DNA from: Candidatus Parcubacteria bacterium
GTDB lineage: Bacteria; Patescibacteriota; Patescibacteriia; UBA1558; GWA2-36-10
Reading direction: 5' to 3'
Assembly (NCBI GenBank): GCA_018670855.1
Contig: JABHIT010000090.1
Span: forward strand, 1 to 11,217
Length of the DNA stretch: 11,217 nt
Shown in pieces: positions 1 to 6,572 of the stretch. Position 1 is the first letter of the stretch. Each line of letters starts with the position of its first letter. The position numbers were made by a program, and so were the translations under genes. Under the pieces are notes generated by a model. That model saw only the letters and a list, made by a program, of their open reading frames with translations. It made no database searches and was not told the DNA's origin.

Positions 1-448
1 CATCTGATAATTTTTCAATCTTCTTACTTCTAAGTTTTAAGTAAAAATCTTTATCGTATTTATAAGTCTTTAATAACTTTATTAATTTATTTACATCCTT
101 CTTGATAACTTTATAAGTTGTAATAAGTTCCGAATTTAAGTCTGACAAAATAGCTTTCTTCGGCAATAAATCAAGAAATACAGCACCGCCTCCAGTAAAT
201 GGCTCATGATAAGTAGATTTTATTGGATCAAAATATTCTGGTGGGTACAATCCTAATTGTTTAAACTGTTTTAATAGTTGTCTTTTACCACCAACCCACT
301 TTACAAATGGTTTTGGCCTTTCACCAATAACCTTAGCTGCGTTTTCTATCAAGTTGTCTTTTGCTACAGTATTAAAAAGCACCCTAGAATATATAGGGTT
401 TATATCAAAAAAATTTTGAAGTTGTAAAATTCCTTCTGCTTCGGTCAT
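1..448 (-). CDS. Dam-family (D12 class) N6-adenine DNA methyltransferase, 3'-truncated by the window edge. The N-terminal roughly 149 aa are present.
   Basis: ATG at 448..446 on the minus strand. Hand translation of the revcomp gives MTEAEGILQLQNFFDINPIYSRVLFNTVAKDNLIENAAKVIGERPKPFVKWVGGKRQLLKQFKQLGLYPPEYFDPIKSTYHEPFTGGGAVFLDLLPKKAILSDLNSELITTYKVIKK..., open to position 1. KWVGGKRQLL matches Dam KWAGGKxxLL. YHEPFTGGGAVFL matches Dam motif I (EPFVGAGSVF, the FxGxG AdoMet site). LSDLNSELITTY matches Dam LADINSDLISLY. The DPPY motif would lie beyond the window edge. The track does not list it because it runs off the edge. Confidence 0.8.
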   Translation of the reverse strand, partial: MTEAEGILQLQNFFDINPIYSRVLFNTVAKDNLIENAAKVIGERPKPFVKWVGGKRQLLKQFKQLGLYPPEYFDPIKSTYHEPFTGGGAVFLDLLPKKAILSDLNSELITTYKVIKKDVNKLIKLLKTYKYDKDFYLKLRSKKIEKLSD

Positions 449-517
449 AGTTTTATAATATAGTAATATTTTACCATTTGTCTTGTTTTTTAACAAACCA
501 AAAAACCCCTTAAATAC

Positions 518-546
518 TTGACAAATAAGAATATTTCTGGTACTAT
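518..546 (+). promoter_or_regulatory. Sigma70-type promoter for typA: TTGACA (518-523), 17-bp spacer, TACTAT (541-546). The predicted TSS is at or near the A of the ATG at 553, so the mRNA would be leaderless.
   Basis: The -35 is an exact consensus and the spacing is 17. The -10 is a 4/6 match. Only 6 nt separate the -10 from the ATG and there is no SD-like purine run. Confidence 0.45.
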
Positions 547-552
547 CTGCGA

Positions 553-2331
553 ATGGAAATAAGAAATATAGCTATTATAGCTCACGTTGATCATGGCAAG
601 ACTGCTTTGACCGACGCAATACTCAAACAAACTGGTATGGTATCAGACGAAAGTGCTACCATGGACTCAAACACGCTTGAAAAAGAGCGTGGTATTACTA
701 TATATTCAAAAAATGCCTCTGTTGATTACAAAGACACAAAGATCAATATAGTAGATACTCCAGGGCATGCTGATTTTGGATCAGAAGTAGAGCGAGTACT
801 CCGCTCTATCGATAGTGTCCTCCTTGTGGTAGATGCCCAAGAAGGTCCAATGCCTCAGACTAGATTTGTTTTGAAAAAATCTCTAGAGCTAGGCCTCAAG
901 CCAATTGTAATTTTGAATAAAATAGACAAGCCGGCCGCCAATCCAAACAAAGCCCACGAACAAGTCTTTGAGCTTTTTATGGACCTCGGTGCTACAGATG
1001 AGCAACTAGATTTTACTACTGTCTATGCTATCGCCAAAAACGGTACAGCCAAAAGATATCTAACAGACGAAGACAAGGACATCTTCCCATTACTCGATAC
1101 AATCCTAGAAAAAGTACCTGTCGCCAAGTCAGATGTAGAAGCGCCATTGCGTTGTCAGGTTTTCAACCTTGCCTATGACAACTTCCTTGGACGTATGGCC
1201 ATCGGTCGTATCTATCAAGGTAGTCTCAAAACTGGCTCAAAGCTTGTAGTCAAAAAGATGGATGGTACAGATGGCTCTGGTCGTATAGCCAAGATGTTTA
1301 CTTTTCATGGACTAGAAAGAAAAGAAACCGAAGAAGCTGTAGCTGGAGATATTGTGATGATTGCTGGATTCCCTGATATTGATATTGGAGAAACTCTGTG
1401 TGTCACTCCCGAACAAGAGGCTTTACCTGCTATCACAGTAGATGAGCCTACTATCTCGTTGGACTTCTTGGTAAACAACTCTCCTCTAGCTGGACGTGAA
1501 GGCAAATATGTCACAAGCAAACAAATCAAAGAAAGACTAGAAAAAGAACTAGAGGTCAATGTCGGAATGAAGATAGATTTTACTGGAGAATTTTTCAAAG
1601 TATATAGTCGTGGTGAATTGCACGCCGCAATATTGATCGAACAGATGCGTCGTGAAGGCTACGAGCTACAAGTATCTCAGCCAAAGGTAATCATCGAAGA
1701 AAGAGAAGGCAAAAAGTTTGAGCCTTTTGAAGAAGTGACTATCGATGTACCAGAAGTGAGCTCAGGTATCGTCATGGAAAAAATGGGCAAACGAAAAGGT
1801 ATCGTCACCTCTATGACTAGTGAAAATGCTCAAATGCGTATAGTGTTTGAAATACCTACTCGTGGTCTACTTGGCTACAGAGGTGAGTTTACTGTAGATA
1901 CTCGTGGTGAAGGTATCCTCTGCGCACACTTTTTGGACTATCGTCCATATACAGGTGAAATCAAAAAGCGCAATGTCGGCTCTATGATCTCCATGGCAAA
2001 CGGCAAGGCTCTAGGATTTTCACTGTTCAACCTCCAAGATCGCGGTGATTTATATATCGGACCAAATGTAGAAGTCTACGAAGGTATGGTAGTCGGCAAT
2101 ACTGCCAAAGGATTTGATATGGTAGTCAATCCAATCAAAGGAAAGCAACTGAGTAATATGCGTAGCTCTGGAGCTGATGAAGCTATCACTCTCACTCCTC
2201 CTACGATTCTGAATATTGAGACAGGGCTGGAGATAATCTCTGAAGATGAATATCTAGAAATCACTCCTGACAATGTCCGTCTCCGCAAACAAGGTCTGAC
2301 AGAAAACGATAGAAAACAAATGCAAAAATAA
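553..2331 (+). CDS. typA: Translational GTPase TypA/BipA, a ribosome-associated EF-G/LepA-like GTPase
   Basis: 592 aa. The N-terminus is [17 protein letters not shown] (G1 AHVDHGKT). DTPGHADF is G3. NKIDK is G4. Overall length and domain order (GTPase, beta-barrel, C-terminal BipA domain) match BipA. Confidence 0.93.
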   Translation: MEIRNIAIIAHVDHGKTALTDAILKQTGMVSDESATMDSNTLEKERGITIYSKNASVDYKDTKINIVDTPGHADFGSEVERVLRSIDSVLLVVDAQEGPMPQTRFVLKKSLELGLKPIVILNKIDKPAANPNKAHEQVFELFMDLGATDEQLDFTTVYAIAKNGTAKRYLTDEDKDIFPLLDTILEKVPVAKSDVEAPLRCQVFNLAYDNFLGRMAIGRIYQGSLKTGSKLVVKKMDGTDGSGRIAKMFTFHGLERKETEEAVAGDIVMIAGFPDIDIGETLCVTPEQEALPAITVDEPTISLDFLVNNSPLAGREGKYVTSKQIKERLEKELEVNVGMKIDFTGEFFKVYSRGELHAAILIEQMRREGYELQVSQPKVIIEEREGKKFEPFEEVTIDVPEVSSGIVMEKMGKRKGIVTSMTSENAQMRIVFEIPTRGLLGYRGEFTVDTRGEGILCAHFLDYRPYTGEIKKRNVGSMISMANGKALGFSLFNLQDRGDLYIGPNVEVYEGMVVGNTAKGFDMVVNPIKGKQLSNMRSSGADEAITLTPPTILNIETGLEIISEDEYLEITPDNVRLRKQGLTENDRKQMQK

Positions 2332-2337
2332 TATATT

Positions 2338-2370
2338 AAAAAGCCACCTCTCTAGGTGGTTTTTTGTTTT
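2338..2370 (+). terminator. Rho-independent terminator after typA
   Basis: Stem CCACCT (2344-2349) / AGGTGG (2354-2359), loop CTCT, then TTTTTTGTTTTG. It is preceded by an A-run. Confidence 0.7.
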
Positions 2371-2381
2371 GTCTAAAGCTA

Positions 2382-2390
2382 TGCTATAAT
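2382..2390 (+). promoter_or_regulatory. Extended -10 promoter (TGcTATAAT) for the small membrane protein gene
   Basis: TG at 2382-2383, TATAAT at 2385-2390, and no clear -35. The ATG is at 2429 and no SD is present. Confidence 0.35.
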
Positions 2391-2428
2391 AACTTTAATT
2401 AAAGATTAAATAACTCTAATATAAAAAT

Positions 2429-2860
2429 ATGCTTATTTTATCATTACTACCTATTGTCCTAGCATTATCAACATTGGTGTTTACTTCTTATTATCTTTTT
2501 AAAAATAAAAAGAAAGAAAATTCTATTGTCCAGGGGATCTTTGGTAAATTTTTCTATTACACCTTTTTTATAATAAACTTATTCCATATATTATCTGTTG
2601 TTAGACTATTTATAGAGTGTGGGTATGGCTCAAGAAGAATGTCTCTGGCCTCTACATTGAGAACCGCTTTTCCAATACTAAAAGAAATTAATTGTGACGG
2701 AAACATAGGCATATCTATATATTATGTTCTTATACTAATAATGTCTATACTATTTAATGTTCTGGTTCTTATGGCTAAAAAATATAACTCAAAAGCTGTA
2801 TTTATCCTAGGAATAATATTGGCTCTCGCTCCCGTTGTTTTATATTTAATTTTTTTATAA
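2429..2860 (+). CDS. Small integral membrane protein, about 4 TM helices, function unknown
   Basis: The 143-aa ORF is dominated by hydrophobic segments: LILSLLPIVLALSTLVFTSYYLF, FFYYTFFIINLFHILSVV, ISIYYVLILIMSILFNVLVLMA and AVFILGIILALAPVVLYLIFL. It has AT-rich host-like composition, its own promoter and terminator, and no recognisable family. Confidence 0.55.
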   Translation: MLILSLLPIVLALSTLVFTSYYLFKNKKKENSIVQGIFGKFFYYTFFIINLFHILSVVRLFIECGYGSRRMSLASTLRTAFPILKEINCDGNIGISIYYVLILIMSILFNVLVLMAKKYNSKAVFILGIILALAPVVLYLIFL

Positions 2861-2869
2861 TAATATATT

Positions 2870-2900
2870 AAAAAGGCCACCCAAATGGGTGGTTTTTTGT
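2870..2900. terminator. Bidirectional rho-independent terminator
   Basis: AAAAA GGCCACCC aaat GGGTGGTT TTTTGTTT. A GC stem is flanked by an A-run and a T-run. Its 3' half (GGTGGTTTTTTGTTT) is identical to the typA terminator. Confidence 0.75.
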
Positions 2901-2903
2901 TTA

Positions 2904-2934
2904 CCCTGTTAGAACTAAAATTTCTAATAGGGTT
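2904..2934. repeat. Palindromic element copy 1: CCCTGTTAGAA-ctaaaat-TTCTAATAGGG followed by TTTT
   Basis: 11-bp inverted repeat with one G.U. It is the left bracket of GC-rich patch A. A near-identical copy lies at 3908-3933. Confidence 0.6.
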
Positions 2935-2937
2935 TTC

Positions 2938-2966
2938 CCAGAAAATGAGCCGACCGTAGTCGGCTC
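2938..2966 (-). terminator. Intrinsic terminator for the minus-strand zinc-ribbon gene
   Basis: On the minus strand: GAGCCGAC tacg GTCGGCTC then AUUUUCU. It lies immediately after the hairpin GGTCTC ccta GAGACC, which contains the TAG stop. Confidence 0.45.
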
Positions 2967-2975
2967 AAGTGGTCT

Positions 2976-3218
2976 CTAGGGAGACCGATCAAAAAGCTTC
3001 TGGCAATTTGGGCATTGCAAGGGCCACTCTTTGATAGCTTGTCCGTTGTCTTGTCGCCAATTTAGCTCGACGTGACATCTTGGACAATGAGATTGGGAGT
3101 ACGTGGCATGTCTAGATGAGGAATACCCACACCTATCACAGCCCGTATACTTGGAGACAAGGACCCTGTCACATCCAGAGCAACAAAGAATCGGCTCGGC
3201 CAAACACAAGTGAGACAT
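2976..3218 (-). CDS. Small zinc-ribbon protein, 80 aa with four CxxC motifs, function unknown
   Basis: ATG at 3218..3216 is preceded by AAGGAG (3230..3225) with a 6-nt spacer. The protein is MSHLCLAEPILCCSGCDRVLVSKYTGCDRCGYSSSRHATYSQSHCPRCHVELNWRQDNGQAIKEWPLQCPNCQKLFDRSP. Its CxxC motifs are at residues 13-16, 27-30, 45-48 and 69-72. The track ORF 2976..3251 uses a TTG inside the predicted 5' UTR. A consensus promoter lies upstream and a terminator downstream. Confidence 0.5.
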   Translation of the reverse strand: MSHLCLAEPILCCSGCDRVLVSKYTGCDRCGYSSSRHATYSQSHCPRCHVELNWRQDNGQAIKEWPLQCPNCQKLFDRSP

Positions 3219-3280
3219 GTCTTTCTCCTTTTTTGGATAAAAAAAGAACAAGGTGTGCCCACCTCGTTTCCGGGAGTCTA

Positions 3281-3309
3281 ATTATATCATTATCAGAAAG
3301 AGTGTCAAA
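3281..3309 (-). promoter_or_regulatory. Sigma70 promoter for the zinc-ribbon gene: TTGACA (3309..3304), 17 bp, TATAAT (3286..3281)
   Basis: Both hexamers are exact consensus at optimal spacing. The TSS is about 3274, giving a 5' UTR of about 56 nt. Confidence 0.5.
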
Positions 3310-3319
3310 TTTATTTATA

Positions 3320-3349
3320 TTGACATACCTACATTATACATGATATAAA
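3320..3349 (+). promoter_or_regulatory. Sigma70 promoter with extended -10 for the 147-aa gene: TTGACA (3320-3325), 18 bp, TG-a-TATAAA (3341-3349)
   Basis: Exact -35. The -10 is TATAAA with the TGn extension. It sits back-to-back with the minus promoter, making a divergent promoter region. Confidence 0.4.
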
Positions 3350-3402
3350 CAATTGTTAGATCATTCCATAACAATAATAATCCTTTTTCCTGGAGGCAAA
3401 AA

Positions 3403-3844
3403 GATGAGTAGACTCAGAGTGTACCCAGAGACCCCCTTTGATCGCGATCAAGTCAATTCCCACGGACAAGCTAGCTACATGATATTTCGTAAGCATGATT
3501 TTCCTACAAATTTTTATGATGAGCGTGATGAGCTAATCAAGGCAGACAGCGATCGTCTCTTGCAATTAGAAAATGCTAATTTTCGAGCTCAGCTAGAAAA
3601 ACACATCGGTTCTGGAGAGATGGCTCTGCCTGGATTTTTTGAACAAGCTAGTGATGAGCAAATTATGGCTTTCCTCAAAGATGCCTTGCAAGCTGATGCA
3701 AAAATTAAGTGGACTGGCTTTCGTATTACAGTTAGTGTTCACAGAGCACATGGTTATATTTTTTTCCACATGACACTCTTTGCCAAACACCCCGATAGCT
3801 CCACAGAGCTGTGCTCAGGCATACCTTGCAGATTATATTTGTGA
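3403..3844 (+). CDS. Hypothetical protein, 147 aa, moderately acidic, no recognised family
   Basis: ATG at 3403 is preceded by GGAGG (3391-3395) with a 7-nt spacer. The track ORF 3353..3844 starts upstream at an ATG with no SD. The protein is MSRLRVYPETPFDRDQVNSHGQASYMIFRKHDF...WTGFRITVSVHRAHGYIFFHMTLFAKHPD.... GC content is elevated relative to the backbone. A strong terminator follows. Confidence 0.55.
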
Positions 3845-3854
3845 CCTTTTATGT

Positions 3855-3905
3855 GGTCTGGAATTCTAGTAGTACAATACTAGGATTCCAGACCTTTTTT
3901 ATTTT
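3855..3905 (+). terminator. Strong rho-independent terminator
   Basis: 17-bp stem GGTCTGGAATTCTAGTA / TACTAGGATTCCAGACC (one G.U), loop GTACAA, then TTTTTTATTTT. Confidence 0.85.
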
Positions 3906-3907
3906 GT

Positions 3908-3933
3908 CCCGTTAGAAAAAATTTTCTAACGGG
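3908..3933. repeat. Palindromic element copy 2: CCCGTTAGAAAAAA-TTTTCTAACGGG followed by TTTT
   Basis: Near-perfect palindrome sharing the CCC-GTTAGAA / TTCTAAC-GGG arms with copy 1 (2904-2934). It is the right bracket of patch A. Confidence 0.6.
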
Positions 3934-3974
3934 ATTTTGACTTTATGATGATAAAATGAGAGAATTTGTTTATT

Positions 3975-5207
3975 ATGATATATGATTTGATAGTAATAGG
4001 TGGCGGACCAGCTGGTATCATGGCCGCAGGACAAGCAGCATCCAAAGGTGCCAAAGTTTTGCTTTTGGAAAAAAATAATCGACTAGGTATAAAGCTAGTG
4101 ATTACTGGCAAAGGTAGGTGCAATATCACCAATGCTGAGTTTGATACAAAAAACTTGGTAGAAAAGTTTGGCAAAAAAGGACGCTTTCTTTTTTATGCTT
4201 TGAGCACTTATACAAACAAAGATATTATTGATTTTTTTGAAAGCCGAAAACTGCCCACCAAAGTAGAAAGAGGCAATCGTGTTTTTCCGGTCAGTGATTC
4301 ATCTCTTGATGTCTTGGATATCCTCACAGACTATTTGGCAAAAAACAAAGTAGAAGTCAGAAAAAACATCCAAGTCAAATCTATCGTCACCAAAGACAAA
4401 GAAATAGAAAAAATAGTTTTACAAGACAAGACCGAGCTAAAAGCCAAAAAATACCTCATCGCCACTGGAGGCAAATCCTACCCTATGACTGGCTCTAGCG
4501 GAGATGGCTACAAGTGGCTCCAAAAAATGGGACACACCATAGTAGATACGATCCCCAGCCTGACTCCCCTGTTTATCAAAGAATCTTTTATCAAAGAGCT
4601 AGAGGGCCTGAGCCTCAAAAACGTAAGTATCAATATTTATCAAAACAACAAAAAGATAGATTCGCGTTTTGGTGAAGCTTTGTTTACTGCCAATGGCTTG
4701 AGTGGCCCGATCATACTCGATATGAGTAAAAATATAGGTATAGCTCTCAAAAATGGCCCCGTAAAACTATCCATTGATTACAAACCGAGTCTAGACTTCA
4801 AGACTTTGGACAAACGTGTTCAGGGTGATTTTGAAAAAACAGCCAATAAACAATTCAAGAACAGCCTCGGCGATTTATTGCCCCGCAAACTGATTCCTTT
4901 GATTATAGAACTTTCTGATATTGATCCTGACAAAAAAACTGGCGACATCAACAAAGAAGAAAGAAAAAAACTTTTGCATTTACTCAAAAACTTTGAACTA
5001 AATATCAAATCTTTACACGGCTTTAACAAAGCTATTGTCACAGCCGGTGGAGTCCACCTCAAAGAAGTAGACCCCAAAACTATGCAATCCAAAATCATAA
5101 AAAATCTCTACCTAGCTGGAGAGGTTTTGGATCTAGACGGTCCGACCGGTGGCTACAACCTACAATCATGTTGGAGTACAGGATATGTAGCTGGCTCAAA
5201 TATATAA
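3975..5207 (+). CDS. HI0933/YhiN-family FAD-dependent flavoprotein (BaiN-like NAD(P)/FAD-binding oxidoreductase)
   Basis: N-terminus MIYDLIVIGGGPAGIMAAGQAA is a GxGxxG FAD-binding Rossmann motif. ITGKGRCNITN and the C-terminal VTAGGV...GEVLDLDGPTGGYNLQSCWSTGYVAG are typical of the HI0933 family. The track start 3966 is a TTG. The ATG at 3975 gives the canonical N-terminus. No SD. Confidence 0.85.
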   Translation: MIYDLIVIGGGPAGIMAAGQAASKGAKVLLLEKNNRLGIKLVITGKGRCNITNAEFDTKNLVEKFGKKGRFLFYALSTYTNKDIIDFFESRKLPTKVERGNRVFPVSDSSLDVLDILTDYLAKNKVEVRKNIQVKSIVTKDKEIEKIVLQDKTELKAKKYLIATGGKSYPMTGSSGDGYKWLQKMGHTIVDTIPSLTPLFIKESFIKELEGLSLKNVSINIYQNNKKIDSRFGEALFTANGLSGPIILDMSKNIGIALKNGPVKLSIDYKPSLDFKTLDKRVQGDFEKTANKQFKNSLGDLLPRKLIPLIIELSDIDPDKKTGDINKEERKKLLHLLKNFELNIKSLHGFNKAIVTAGGVHLKEVDPKTMQSKIIKNLYLAGEVLDLDGPTGGYNLQSCWSTGYVAGSNI

Positions 5208-5227
5208 TTTTATTTAAACAAAATATT

Positions 5228-6019
5228 ATGCAAAAAACAATATTTATTACTGGCTCTGGTAGTGGCTTTGGCTATGATACTGCCGTAGCTCTAGCTCGAC
5301 GTGGCCACAAAGTGATTGCTACTACTCATACTACAGACTCTGCCAATGAGCTCAACTCTTTTGCCAAAAAAAATAATCTAAACATAGAATCATTCAAACT
5401 AGATGTCACCGTACCAGAAGACAGACAAAAAATACTAAAGCATGACATAGACGTCTTACTCAACAATGCGGGCACTGGTCAATCTGGTTCGTTGGCCGAA
5501 ATACCTCTGGACAAAATCCGACATGACTTTGAGGTCAATGTCTTTGGCTCTATCGCTCTAGCTCAGCTGGCATTACAAAAAATGATGCCTCGAGATAGCG
5601 GGACTGTGATTTTTGTCAGCTCTCTAGCTGGTAGAGTGCCTATGCCATTTTTGAGTTCATACTCTATGACCAAGTTTGCTTTGTCTGGTGGTATCGATGC
5701 TATGCGTAGAGAGATAAAAAAAATCACCAAAAATGTCCACGTAGCTTTGATAGAGCCAGGTGCCTATCATACTGGATTCAACCAAAAAAATATCGCCAAA
5801 AAATATACTTGGATGGACGAGAAATCATATTTTTGGAAAATAAAAGATGATCTCAAAATAGAAGAAGAAAAATATTTCAAAATGATGGAGCTCAAATCTA
5901 CAAAGAGCATGGTCACTCAAATAGTCAAAGCTTGCGAAGCCAGTAGACCAAAGCTAAGGTACACCGCTCCGTGGTGGCAGGCTGTCGGCGTACAAGTGAT
6001 GAGAATATTTGGAAAATAA
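5228..6019 (+). CDS. Short-chain dehydrogenase/reductase (SDR) family oxidoreductase
   Basis: MQKTIFITGSGSGFGYDTAVALARRGHKV is the TGxxxGxG cofactor motif. NNAG is present. The SDR catalytic region has S (VSSLAG) and YxxxK (YSMTK). The track ORF 5168 starts earlier. ATG 5228 gives the standard SDR N-terminus. No SD. Confidence 0.85.
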   Translation: MQKTIFITGSGSGFGYDTAVALARRGHKVIATTHTTDSANELNSFAKKNNLNIESFKLDVTVPEDRQKILKHDIDVLLNNAGTGQSGSLAEIPLDKIRHDFEVNVFGSIALAQLALQKMMPRDSGTVIFVSSLAGRVPMPFLSSYSMTKFALSGGIDAMRREIKKITKNVHVALIEPGAYHTGFNQKNIAKKYTWMDEKSYFWKIKDDLKIEEEKYFKMMELKSTKSMVTQIVKACEASRPKLRYTAPWWQAVGVQVMRIFGK

Positions 6020-6022
6020 AGA

Positions 6023-6050
6023 AAGACCAAGGTTGAAAAACCTTGGTCTT
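6023..6050. terminator. Hairpin terminator between the convergent SDR and peptide genes. The T-run is on the minus side.
   Basis: 10-bp stem AAGACCAAGG / CCTTGGTCTT with loop TTGAAAAA. The minus-strand reading is followed by TCTTTATTTTCC. The plus side lacks a U-tract. Confidence 0.5.
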
Positions 6051-6074
6051 GAAAAATGTGATTGATGACTTTAT

Positions 6075-6203
6075 CTAGCCAAATATCCCGCCATCGGGAT
6101 CACCTTCTACAAATCCACCTGTCGGATCACCAGTGCTACGGAGGACACCTCCGTCTGGGTCACCAAAGAAACCAGCCAAGATACAAAACAATGCGATCAT
6201 CAT
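6075..6203 (-). CDS. 42-aa peptide with a hydrophobic N-terminus and three GDP(D/T)GG repeats: MMIALFCILAGFFGDPDGGVLRSTGDPTGGFVEGDPDGGIFG
   Basis: ATG ATG at 6203..6198 is preceded by GGAG with a 7-nt spacer. A TTGACT-16-TATAAT promoter lies upstream and a hairpin terminator downstream. The DNA shows three GGRTCACC repeats at about 6096, 6124 and 6160. GC-rich like the MVP gene. The longer track ORF 6075..6296 would start inside the promoter. Confidence 0.4.
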   Translation of the reverse strand: MMIALFCILAGFFGDPDGGVLRSTGDPTGGFVEGDPDGGIFG

Positions 6204-6284
6204 CTTACTACTCCTTTTGGGACAGTGTTTGTGGCCGGGATCTGTCTGTGGTACAAACCATGATAAGAACATAAATATATTTAT

Positions 6285-6312
6285 ATTATACAACAAGGTT
6301 TCCGGCAGTCAA
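6285..6312 (-). promoter_or_regulatory. Sigma70 promoter for the peptide gene: TTGACT (6312..6307), 16 bp, TATAAT (6290..6285)
   Basis: Near-consensus hexamers at good spacing. The TSS is about 6278 and the leader to the ATG at 6203 is about 75 nt. Confidence 0.4.
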
Positions 6313-6348
6313 GCAAAGCTTTGGATGCTTTTTTTATAGCTCAAAATC

Positions 6349-6357
6349 TGCTATAAT
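6349..6357 (+). promoter_or_regulatory. Extended -10 promoter TGcTATAAT, the same 9-mer as at 2382-2390, reading into an ORF-poor region
   Basis: TG at 6349-6350 and TATAAT at 6352-6357. About 210 nt downstream is the bidirectional terminator at 6573-6604. Confidence 0.3.
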
Positions 6358-6377
6358 GAAAAACGTAACATTTACCC

Positions 6378-6551
6378 ATGCTTAAACCATTTCTAAAAAA
6401 CAAAATAATAGCCAAAAAAGCTACTCTAGCCCAAGAGAAAAAAGTAGTAAAAGTAGCTATACTAACCCTAGAATGTTTTTATTTACCCTTGATGTGGCCA
6501 GAAAATATGCGCAAATCTATAGAAATACTGTTTAATCGAGATATAGTTTAG
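6378..6551 (+). CDS. Possible 57-aa lysine-rich small protein: MLKPFLKNKIIAKKATLAQEKKVVKVAILTLECFYLPLMWPENMRKSIEILFNRDIV. The locus could instead be a small RNA.
   Basis: The ATG is 21 nt downstream of the -10, and the leader is short and SD-less like other host genes. A TAG stop at 6549-6551 is followed by the terminator. AT-rich host-like composition. Below the track size cut-off. There is no family evidence. Confidence 0.25.
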   Translation: MLKPFLKNKIIAKKATLAQEKKVVKVAILTLECFYLPLMWPENMRKSIEILFNRDIV

Positions 6552-6572
6552 ATTTTATACAAAAATAATAAA

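Noticed and set aside
1305-2288. Minus-strand ORFs 1305..1598 and 2076..2288 inside typA
   Set aside because: They are antisense to a highly conserved GTPase gene and give Ser-rich low-complexity translations. They are shadow ORFs.
2940-3300. A GC-rich, hairpin-dense region with many short overlapping ORFs on both strands. I considered a structured ncRNA (RNase P RNA, tmRNA, 6S) on either strand.
   Set aside because: No conserved RNase P P4 motifs (GGAAAGUCCGG / ACAGAACCCGGCUUA) and no tmRNA tRNA-like ends were found. The region is better explained by the minus-strand 80-aa four-CxxC ORF with an AAGGAG SD, a consensus promoter and a terminator. The hairpins are its terminator and flanking palindromes.
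3062-3343. Plus-strand ORFs 3062..3262 and 3116..3343 across the zinc-ribbon locus
   Set aside because: They overlap the better-supported minus-strand CDS and the divergent promoter region. They have no SD and no sensible protein features.
2904-3933. The idea that the palindrome-bracketed cassette is an integron gene cassette with attC sites
   Set aside because: The palindromes are short (26-31 bp) and near-perfect, unlike the 60-140 bp imperfect attC sites with extrahelical bases. No intI or attI is in the window. They are retained only as a low-probability alternative within the palindrome finding.
3926-5098. Minus-strand ORFs 3926..4174 and 4820..5098 overlapping the HI0933 flavoprotein gene
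   Set aside because: They are antisense shadow ORFs. The plus-strand frame carries unmistakable FAD-binding motifs.
6062-6339. Plus-strand ORFs 6062..6274 and 6133..6339, and the long 73-aa version of the minus ORF 6075..6296
   Set aside because: The plus frames have no SD or promoter and featureless translations. The 73-aa minus version would start upstream of the predicted TSS, inside the TTGACT-16-TATAAT promoter. The 42-aa version with its GGAG SD is the consistent call, at modest confidence.
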